Source of the DNA: a bacterium
Lineage (GTDB): Bacteria; Krumholzibacteriota; Krumholzibacteriia; LZORAL124-64-63
Length of the DNA: 64,000 nucleotides
Assembly (NCBI GenBank): GCA_031441465.1
Contig: JANOEP010000047.1
Span: 11,801 to 75,800 of the forward strand
Reading direction: 5' to 3'
A model generated the notes under the pieces. That model was not told the origin of the DNA and ran no database searches. It saw only the letters and a list, made by a program, of their open reading frames with translations. Positions 57,162 to 64,000 of the stretch are shown here, piece after piece. Each line of letters starts with the position of its first letter. Positions within the stretch are counted from its first letter, which is position 1. A program made the translations under genes and the position numbers.

Positions 57162-57797
57162 ATGCCCACCACATCGATCCGTGTCCTGACCGGGCTGGCC
57201 GTGTGCGCCCTGCTGGGCTTGACGGCCGCGTCGGCCGCGGCGGGCGGCCCGACCACCGAAGTGCTGCTCGAAGCGGGTGCGGTGGCGCCCCTCGGCGACC
57301 TCGGCGACGACTACGGGGAGCCGCTGGGTTTCGGCGCCGGCCTCGGTTACCAGGTCGGCTTCCGTTTCCGCCTGCAGGTCGCGCCGAACTGGGCCGTCGC
57401 CCCCAGCTTCCACTACGTGAAGCCGCGGTCGCGCACCGGAACCGACGAGTTGCTCGGCGAGATCGTGACGGCCACCTCGATGCACCGCTACGGCGTCGAC
57501 GCGCAGTACACCCTGCCGTCGCGCCCCGGCGCGCCGCGCCTGTTCCTGACCGGGGGCCTCGCCGTGGTGCGCGACCGCCTGCGCGAGGACGACCGCGAAG
57601 GCCAGTACTTCGCCGAGAGCTGCAACGCCGTCGCGGTGGCCGCCGGCGTCGGCCTGCGGGTGGATCTTCTGGAGGTCACGGCCCAGTACGAAGTGAACCG
57701 GTTCTCGACGAACCGGTTCTGGGATCCGGGCGATACCGGGTACAACTGGGACACGCTCTCGTTGCGGGTGGGGCTCGCGCTTCCCCGATCCTACTAG
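57162..57797 (+). CDS. Outer-membrane beta-barrel protein
   Basis: Signal peptide, alternating beta-strand pattern, C-terminal LSLRVGLAL strand. Confidence 0.72.
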   Translation: MPTTSIRVLTGLAVCALLGLTAASAAAGGPTTEVLLEAGAVAPLGDLGDDYGEPLGFGAGLGYQVGFRFRLQVAPNWAVAPSFHYVKPRSRTGTDELLGEIVTATSMHRYGVDAQYTLPSRPGAPRLFLTGGLAVVRDRLREDDREGQYFAESCNAVAVAAGVGLRVDLLEVTAQYEVNRFSTNRFWDPGDTGYNWDTLSLRVGLALPRSY

Positions 57798-57815
57798 TCC
57801 GTCGAGACGGAAGAC

Positions 57816-57849
57816 GAAGAAGGCGCCGTCGGGTGGCGGCGCCTTCCTC
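57816..57849. terminator. Hairpin terminator between convergent genes
   Basis: AAGGCGCCGTC-GGGT-GGCGGCGCCTT with pyrimidine tails on both strands. Confidence 0.65.
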
Positions 57850-57870
57850 ATTCACGGGCGAGGGTGGGTC

Positions 57871-58230
57871 TTAGAAGACCGCGATGGGCTTGCCGGGCTG
57901 GCCGGGCGCGCCCAGGGTCGGCGTGTACGGTTCGGAGGACAGGGACCAGGGACCCTGGCGACCGATGGCGTCCACGCCCGCCACGCGGACGCTGTGCTCC
58001 ACGTCGTAGGAGGCCGTCAGGATGTACGTCGTCGCTTGCAGGTTGTCGCTGACCGTGGACCAGGCACCACCGTCGGCGGAATGCTGCACCACGTAGTGGT
58101 GCACCGTGGAACCGGTGGTCGGGGCGGTCCAGGTGTAGGTCACGCTTTCCTGGGCGAAGGCCGTGCCGGCGGCGAAGAGACCCAGTACGATCAGCGCGGC
58201 CACGAGGAAAATGCGGTGTCCTTGCTTCAT
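57871..58230 (-). CDS. Small secreted fibronectin type III-like protein
   Basis: GGAG RBS, signal peptide AFA-Q, WTAP..G...HYVV..S.DGG.W and VRVAGVD..G..GPWS FN3 pattern. Confidence 0.8.
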   Translation of the reverse strand: MKQGHRIFLVAALIVLGLFAAGTAFAQESVTYTWTAPTTGSTVHHYVVQHSADGGAWSTVSDNLQATTYILTASYDVEHSVRVAGVDAIGRQGPWSLSSEPYTPTLGAPGQPGKPIAVF

Positions 58231-58319
58231 CTTGATCTCCGCCTCTTGATCGATGGGCCCGGGGGCCCGGTGTGCCGCCCCTGCGGGGGCGGTCTGGGTT
58301 GCGATACCACGAGGTCGAT

Positions 58320-58335
58320 TGCAAGGTCGGTGCCA
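58320..58335 (-). promoter_or_regulatory. Sigma54 (-24/-12) promoter
   Basis: Minus strand TGGCACCGACCTTGCA, an exact GG-N10-GC match, about 90 bp upstream of the FN3 gene. Confidence 0.8.
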
Positions 58336-58640
58336 GTTTGCCCTGCGGGACCGGTCCCGAAGGATCGACGGGAAATGCGCGCTTCCATTGCCCCGTGGGG
58401 CGTCGTCCTGCGCGCCGTCCCGGGAGCGGGTCGCGGGATGTCGGGCCGTGCGCCGTCCGCGGCGGGATCTCGCATCTCCCGCGGCGCATTGCGAAAGGGT
58501 TGCCTGCGCGCCTTATTATCGCTCACAATGCGAACCTGCGACGGCCACGGGAACCGGACGAATCCGGAGTCGCGGCGTGAGGGTTCGGCATTGTCTAGAA
58601 AATCGGGAATGGAACGTCCTGGGGCAAAGGAGAATCATCG

Positions 58641-59183
58641 ATGAACCCGCAAGTGCTTGCGCTGTGGCCGGAACTGGAATGGATCCGTGATGCGAAACTG
58701 CGCGAACAGACCGCCCGGACCTGGGAAACGGCCCTGCAGGAAAGCCCGCTCGAAGCCGCCGATCTCGAGCAGATCCCCTTCACCCTGCTGGTCCCGGGAC
58801 TGAAGGTCAGTTTCATGGCCCACAAGCGGTGCGTCGTCCACGTGGCCCGCGACGCGGCGATGAAAATGAATGAATTCTTCGGCGACGACCTGCACTGCGA
58901 TCTCGACACGGTCATCGCCGGCGCCATCCTCGCCGATGTGGGCAAGCTGCTCGAGTACACCAAGAACGCCGACGGGATGACCGGCACCAGCGACTGCGGC
59001 AAGTACCTGCGCCACCCGTTCACCGGCGTGGCCCTGGCGATGAAGTGCGGCGTGCCCGACCGGGTCTGCCACATCATCGCGGCGCACGCCGGCGAAGGGG
59101 ACATGGTCAAGCGGACGGTGGAGGCGTACGTCGTCCACCATGCGGATTTCATGACCTTCCTGCCGTTCAAGCACAAGTTCTAG
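58641..59183 (+). CDS. HD/HDIG domain protein
   Basis: H...GAILADVGK..EY, H...G, HII.AH and HHAD motifs; AAGGAG RBS. Confidence 0.82.
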   Translation: MNPQVLALWPELEWIRDAKLREQTARTWETALQESPLEAADLEQIPFTLLVPGLKVSFMAHKRCVVHVARDAAMKMNEFFGDDLHCDLDTVIAGAILADVGKLLEYTKNADGMTGTSDCGKYLRHPFTGVALAMKCGVPDRVCHIIAAHAGEGDMVKRTVEAYVVHHADFMTFLPFKHKF

Positions 59184-59217
59184 CGGGTGCGATGAAACCC
59201 CGCCGGAGGGGACCGAC

Positions 59218-60669
59218 ATGATCGTTCGAGGTGCGTGGCTCAGGGCCGTGCCGGTCGCCTTCGTGCTGGCCGGCGCGGTTCTCCTGCTGCCCGGCTGCCA
59301 GCGCGGATCGAAACAGCCGAACATCCTGATCGTCGTGCTGGACACCGTGCGGCGCGATGCGGCCGGCTGGCCGACCGCCGCCACACCCCCGGAGCTGACC
59401 CGCGCCGTCCTGACGCCGAACGTGGCCGCGCTGGCCCGCCGCGGCATCGCCTGGCGCCACGCCTGGTCCGCCGCGCCCTGGACGGTGCCCTCGCACGCGT
59501 CGCTGTTCACGGGCCTGCTGCCGTCGGGCCACGGCTGCAACGGACTGCAGCCGCGCCTGAGGGCGAATCTGCCCACCCTGGCGGGGCGCCTCGCCGACGC
59601 CGGCTACGAGACGGCGGCCTTCTACAGCAACCCCTGGCTCGCCGACCGCTCCTCCTGGTTGCTGAGGGGCTTCCAGCTGCGCCAGGAGGCCTCCATCGGC
59701 GGGCTGACACGCATGATGGTGGGGGATTCGGCGCACGATCAGGGCGGGGTGGCGTCGGTGACCAGTTTCCGCAAATGGCTGCTGGGCCGCGACCCCGGCC
59801 GGCCCTTCCTGGCCTTCGTGAACATCCTCGAGGCGCACCTGCCGTACGCGCCGTTGCCGATCGACCTCGCCGTGGCGGCGCCGGGCCTGCAGGCCGTCGC
59901 CGGGGTCCCCATCGTCTGGGGCCACGAGTACAACGCGGGCCTGCTCGAGGACGCGGCCGTGAACTGGCCGCTCGTGAGGACCTGCTACGCGGGCGATGTG
60001 GTGGCCGCCGACCGGCTGTTCGGGCTGATCCTGATCGCCCTGCGGGACGCCGGGCTGGACGAGGAGACGATCGTCGTGGTGACCTCGGACCACGGCGAGA
60101 ATCTCGGCGACCACCGTCTCTTCGAACACCAGTTTTCGGTGCACGAGACCCTGCTGGCCGTGCCGCTGGTGATCGCGGGTCCCGGCCTCGGCCCCGTCGG
60201 CGCCGTGCGCGACGAACCTGTGATGCTGACCGATCTGTTCGCCACCGTCCTGGATCTCGCCGACCTGCCCGCCGAGACGGCGCCGCCGGGCAGCCGCTCC
60301 CTTTTCGCGGACGCCGCCCCGGCCGACAGGCCCCTGGTCGGCGAGTACGAGGGACCGAGCCAGGGCCTGATCAGCATGCTCGGAACGATCAACCCGCAGC
60401 TGGACGCCGCCCGGTTACGGCCCGCCCGCCGGACCGTGCGCGTCGGAGACCTGCGCCTGTCCCTGGCGTCCGACGGCTCCTTCGCGTTGCACGACATGGC
60501 GGCCGATCCGGCGCAGTCGCGGGATCTGACCCCCGCGCGACCCGAAGATGTGCGGCGTTTGCGGATCCTGCTGGACGCGCTGGCGGGCTCGGCGCCCGGC
60601 ACGGGACCAGCCGGAAAGCTGGACGAAGCGACGCGCCGGCAGCTCGAATCCCTGGGCTACGTCCACTGA
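59218..60669 (+). CDS. Sulfatase-like (alkaline phosphatase superfamily) lipoprotein
   Basis: Lipobox LPG-C; PNIL..VLDT.R.D, WTVPSHASLFTG, H.PY, TSDHGE and L.SLGY motifs. Confidence 0.88.
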   Translation: MIVRGAWLRAVPVAFVLAGAVLLLPGCQRGSKQPNILIVVLDTVRRDAAGWPTAATPPELTRAVLTPNVAALARRGIAWRHAWSAAPWTVPSHASLFTGLLPSGHGCNGLQPRLRANLPTLAGRLADAGYETAAFYSNPWLADRSSWLLRGFQLRQEASIGGLTRMMVGDSAHDQGGVASVTSFRKWLLGRDPGRPFLAFVNILEAHLPYAPLPIDLAVAAPGLQAVAGVPIVWGHEYNAGLLEDAAVNWPLVRTCYAGDVVAADRLFGLILIALRDAGLDEETIVVVTSDHGENLGDHRLFEHQFSVHETLLAVPLVIAGPGLGPVGAVRDEPVMLTDLFATVLDLADLPAETAPPGSRSLFADAAPADRPLVGEYEGPSQGLISMLGTINPQLDAARLRPARRTVRVGDLRLSLASDGSFALHDMAADPAQSRDLTPARPEDVRRLRILLDALAGSAPGTGPAGKLDEATRRQLESLGYVH

Positions 60670-60696
60670 AGGAAGGGACGGCTGCATTATTTCCCG

Positions 60697-60724
60697 TTGA
60701 CACTTGCCGATTGTGCTTTATTTA
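60697..60724 (+). promoter_or_regulatory. Putative sigma70 promoter of ferredoxin
   Basis: TTGACA, 16 nt spacer, TATTTA. Confidence 0.5.
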
Positions 60725-60802
60725 AGCAGGGATCTTTCCCGTGTAACGGTCCGGGGCCAGCGCTCCGGCGGTCTGCGGAGTCATCGAGCCGGAGGAACTG
60801 AC

Positions 60803-61033
60803 ATGGCCGATCCTACCGACAAGGTCGGGAGCAACATCGAAGGCACTTGGTACGTCGACAGCAACTGCATCGACTGCGACCTCTGCCGGCAGACCGCCCC
60901 CGACAACTTCGAGCGCAACGAGGACGAGGGCTACAGCTTCGTCTACAAGCAGCCCGAGTCGCCCGAGGAGGAGGAACTCTGCCGGGAGGCCCTGGAGGAG
61001 TGCCCCGTCGAGGCGATCGGCGACGACGGGTAG
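60803..61033 (+). CDS. Single-cluster [4Fe-4S] ferredoxin
   Basis: GGAGG RBS; CIDCDLC...CPVEAI; very acidic. Confidence 0.93.
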   Translation: MADPTDKVGSNIEGTWYVDSNCIDCDLCRQTAPDNFERNEDEGYSFVYKQPESPEEEELCREALEECPVEAIGDDG

Positions 61034-61059
61034 CAACGCCCCGCCACACGCTCCGATCC

Positions 61060-61087
61060 GGGCCCGGTCGCCGTACCGGGCCCTTTT
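61060..61087 (+). terminator. Intrinsic terminator
   Basis: GGGCCCGGT-CGCCGT-ACCGGGCCC-TTTT. Confidence 0.85.
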
Positions 61088-61219
61088 GCCTATCCTGGAC
61101 CCCCCTGCCGTCGGTGCCGCCGGTGCGGGCACCCGGGAACCGGGCCGGACGGAGCGGCGTAAAAGCGCCCGCAACACGCATCCGACCACCCCTGAATCCG
61201 CTTCCGGAAAGGCAACGCC

Positions 61220-62695
61220 ATGAAACGGCTCTTCGCTCACAAATTCCCGCGCCCCGCCGCCGTGCTGCTGCTGCTGGCGGCCGGCGCCCTGGCGGGCTTC
61301 GCCATCTCGGCCGTGGACCGCGACGCGGCTGCCGATCTGGTCCTGCCCGATTCCGCCCGCGCGGCCACGGCTCCCGCCGATGCGCCCCGGTCCTATGCCG
61401 ACCTGGCGGCCCTGGTCATGCCCGGCGTGGTGAACATTTCCACCGACAAGGTCGTGGAGATGCCGGACTGGCACCCGATGCTGAACGACCCGACGTTCCG
61501 CCGCTTCTTCGGCGACCCCGAGGCTCCGGACCAGCAGGAGCAGGTCGAGCGTTCCCTCGGCTCGGGCGTGATCATCAGCGAGGACGGTTACATCCTGACC
61601 AGCAACCACGTCATCGAACGGGCGAGCAAGATCCGCGTGCTCTTCGGCGACAGCAAGGAGCTGGAGGCCAAGATCATCGGCCAGGACGAGCGCACCGACG
61701 TCGCCCTGATCAAGGTGGAGACCGACGAGGCGCTGCCGTTCGTGCGGATCGGCGACTCGGAAGCCTTGCGGATCGGCGACCAGGTCATGGCCGTCGGCAA
61801 CCCCTTCGGCGTGGGCCAGACGGTCACCCTGGGCATCGTCAGCGCGGTGGGCCGCAGCATCGGCCTGATCGACTATGAGGACTTCATCCAGACCGACGCC
61901 TCGATCAACCCGGGCAACAGCGGCGGCGCCCTGATCAACATGGGCGGCGAGCTGGTGGGCATCAACACCGCGATCCTCAGCCGCAGCGGCGGCTCGCAGG
62001 GCGTCGGCTTCGCCATCCCCAGCAACATGACCGTCACGATCAAGGACATGCTCGTCAGGCACGGCAAGGTGCAGCGCGCCTGGCTGGGCGTCATCACCGC
62101 CGAGGTCGACCAGACGATGGCCGAGGCTCTGGGCATGAAGGCGCCGCGCGGCGTGCTCATCTCCACCGTCAACGCGGGCACGCCCGCCGCGAAGGCCGGC
62201 TTGCAGGAAAACGACATCATCCTGCTGGTCGACGGCCGGACCGTGAACTCGGTCAGCGACCTGCGCAACACCATCAGCCTGAGCGGGGTGGGGCACGACG
62301 CGAAGCTGCTGACCCTGCGCGACGGCAAGGAGCGCCAGGTCACGGTCACCCTGGGCGAGCTGCCCGAGGACCCGACCGCCGCCGCGCCGACGAAGGACGA
62401 GAGCGAGGGTGCCGACGGCATCGACGGCGTCATCGTCCGCGAATTGACCGCCCCCCTGCGCCAGCGGCTGCGGCTGGCCGAGGGCGTCGAGGGCCTCGTG
62501 GTCTCCGAGGTGGCGCCGACCAGCAACGCCAGCCACCGCGGGTTGCGTCAGGGCGATGTGATCGTCGAGGTGGCGCGTCAGCCCGTCGCTACTCTAGACG
62601 ATTACCGCAGCCGGGTGAAGCAGGACGCCGACCGGCCCGTCCTGCTGAAGATCCGCCGCGGCGACCAGTTCCAGGTGCTGGCGATCCCCAGGTAG
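61220..62695 (+). CDS. degP: HtrA/DegP (Do family) serine protease with two PDZ domains
   Basis: SLGSGVI, TSNHV, TDVA and IQTDASINPGNSGGAL motifs; two PDZ domains. Confidence 0.93.
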   Translation: MKRLFAHKFPRPAAVLLLLAAGALAGFAISAVDRDAAADLVLPDSARAATAPADAPRSYADLAALVMPGVVNISTDKVVEMPDWHPMLNDPTFRRFFGDPEAPDQQEQVERSLGSGVIISEDGYILTSNHVIERASKIRVLFGDSKELEAKIIGQDERTDVALIKVETDEALPFVRIGDSEALRIGDQVMAVGNPFGVGQTVTLGIVSAVGRSIGLIDYEDFIQTDASINPGNSGGALINMGGELVGINTAILSRSGGSQGVGFAIPSNMTVTIKDMLVRHGKVQRAWLGVITAEVDQTMAEALGMKAPRGVLISTVNAGTPAAKAGLQENDIILLVDGRTVNSVSDLRNTISLSGVGHDAKLLTLRDGKERQVTVTLGELPEDPTAAAPTKDESEGADGIDGVIVRELTAPLRQRLRLAEGVEGLVVSEVAPTSNASHRGLRQGDVIVEVARQPVATLDDYRSRVKQDADRPVLLKIRRGDQFQVLAIPR

Positions 62696-62919
62696 CGCCG
62701 CTTCCGGACGGGCCCGGCGACGAGGCCCCCAGGCGACAGACACAGGGCGCCGGTCCCCCCGCGGGCCCGGCGCCCGCGTTTTCCGGTCCCCCGGGAAAAC
62801 GGTTCACGAGGCGGGGCGTCGTCGGTATCATAGACCGGCAGACGCGGCGCCGGACATCGCACGGCAACCGGCAATGGCGAGGACATCCCGCATCTAAGCC
62901 GTGCGGGCAGGAGGGATCC

Positions 62920-63780
62920 ATGGGGCAGAAGTCGAAGGACGGCGAAATCGTCGCCGGCGGGAGCGCCCGCCACGCCGAACCCGAGAAGAGCAGCCACCGC
63001 AGCAAGCTGCCCGGCGACCTGTACGACAAGGAACTGGCCCGGCTCGAGGTCGAACTGGTCAAGCTCCAGGCCTGGATCCGCCACGCCGGCCTGAAGGTCG
63101 TGGTGATCTTCGAGGGACGCGACGCGGCCGGCAAGGGCGGCGTCATCAAGCGGATCACCGAGCCCCTGAACCCCCGCATCGCGCGGGTGGTCGCCCTGGG
63201 CGTGCCGTCCGAGCGCGAGAAGACCCAGTGGTACTTCCAGCGCTACGTCGCCAACCTGCCGGGCGCCGGCGAGATGGTGCTGTTCGACCGCAGCTGGTAC
63301 AACCGGGCCGGCGTCGAGCGGGTCATGGGCTTCTGCACCGACGAGGAACACCAGGAGTTCCTGCGCAGCTGCCCCGAGTTCGAGCGCATGCTGGTGCGGT
63401 CCGGGATCCGGCTGATCAAGTACTGGTTCTCCGTCAGCGACGACGAGCAGGAGCGCCGCTTCAAGGACCGCCTCGCCGACCCCACCAAGCGCTGGAAGCT
63501 CAGCCCCATGGACGTGGAGTCGCGATCCCGCTGGGTGGAGTACTCGCACGCCAAGGACGAGATGTTCGCCCACACCGACATCAAGCAGGCGCCGTGGTAC
63601 GTGGTCGACGGGGATGACAAAAAGCGGGCGCGCCTGAACTGCATCAGCCATCTGCTGGGACTGGTCCCCTACGAGGATCTGACGCCCGAACCGATCACGC
63701 TGCCGCCGCGGCAGACGGGTGCGGAGTACGTGCGGCCGCCGCTGAGCGACCAGACGTTCGTTCCGGAACTCTACCCTTAG
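62920..63780 (+). CDS. ppk2: Polyphosphate kinase 2
   Basis: EGRDAAGKGG, FDRSWYNRAGVERVMGF and WKLSPMD motifs. Confidence 0.95.
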   Translation: MGQKSKDGEIVAGGSARHAEPEKSSHRSKLPGDLYDKELARLEVELVKLQAWIRHAGLKVVVIFEGRDAAGKGGVIKRITEPLNPRIARVVALGVPSEREKTQWYFQRYVANLPGAGEMVLFDRSWYNRAGVERVMGFCTDEEHQEFLRSCPEFERMLVRSGIRLIKYWFSVSDDEQERRFKDRLADPTKRWKLSPMDVESRSRWVEYSHAKDEMFAHTDIKQAPWYVVDGDDKKRARLNCISHLLGLVPYEDLTPEPITLPPRQTGAEYVRPPLSDQTFVPELYP

Positions 63781-64000
63781 GGCCTGTCACAAAATAACTG
63801 ACTCATTTACCTTGCCGCAGTAGCACGGGGATGAATCGTGTAGTTCCAATCTCCATGATAGCGGTGTCGCTGCAGATTGAGGCTTGCCATCTGTTCGTCC
63901 GTGACGAACACGCCGCTCGGATAGCTGTTTTGATCGATCTCCGTTCGCACCCTCAACCCCGTTGTCGTTCGGGTGGACCCGATGAGGCTGACGATGGTTG
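63780..64000 (-). mobile_element. ISAzo13-family insertion sequence, right end (partial)
   Basis: Abrupt GC drop; putative terminal IR GGGCCTGTCACAAAATAA at about 63780-63797, next to the transposase stop. Confidence 0.82.
63807..64000 (-). CDS. ISAzo13-family DDE transposase C-terminus (partial)
   Basis: Not in the ORF track; hand translation TIVSLIGSTRTTTGLRVRTEIDQNSYPSGVFVTDEQMASLNLQRHRYHGDWNYTIHPRATAAR* matches the family HGxWNYTI tail. Confidence 0.85.
   Translation of the reverse strand, partial: TIVSLIGSTRTTTGLRVRTEIDQNSYPSGVFVTDEQMASLNLQRHRYHGDWNYTIHPRATAAR

Noticed and set aside
1..64000. tRNA, rRNA, CRISPR array, prophage or defence genes
   Set aside because: Visual inspection of the intergenic gaps showed no cloverleaf, repeat-spacer pattern or hallmark genes; small RNAs could have been missed without a covariance search.

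Overview
A GC-rich bacterial chromosome segment (roughly 70% GC by eye). The gene repertoire fits a diderm, FCB-like candidate-phylum organism, though taxonomy is only an impression. From left to right it holds: a partial secreted beta-propeller gene; an OTR-like octaheme cytochrome c; a Tat-exported YcbK/MepK peptidase; a ~26 kb surface-polysaccharide locus (two flippases, two Wzy/ligase-like proteins, two initiating transferases, seven glycosyltransferases, an asnB-like gene, a Wza/SLBB protein plus Wzz, with a lower-GC inner cassette); housekeeping genes (thrC-like, EamA, HI0933, mutM, djlA, GGDEF, nitroreductase, pepF, DtxR/MntR); an active plus catalytically dead M14 carboxypeptidase pair; clpB; a helical lipoprotein followed by three L,D-transpeptidase-fold genes; a DsbD-N/redoxin pair; DUF432 plus MscS; outer-membrane proteins; a sigma54-driven FN3-like gene; an HD protein; a sulfatase; a ferredoxin; degP; ppk2; and the end of an ISAzo13-family insertion sequence. 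The best candidate for an undescribed system is 50577-53939. It looks like an envelope-tethering module: an Lpp-analogous lipoprotein, a DpaA/YafK-type LDT, an ErfK-type LDT and a pseudo-LDT. I found no tRNA, rRNA or CRISPR array. All family calls come from motif recognition, not from database searches.
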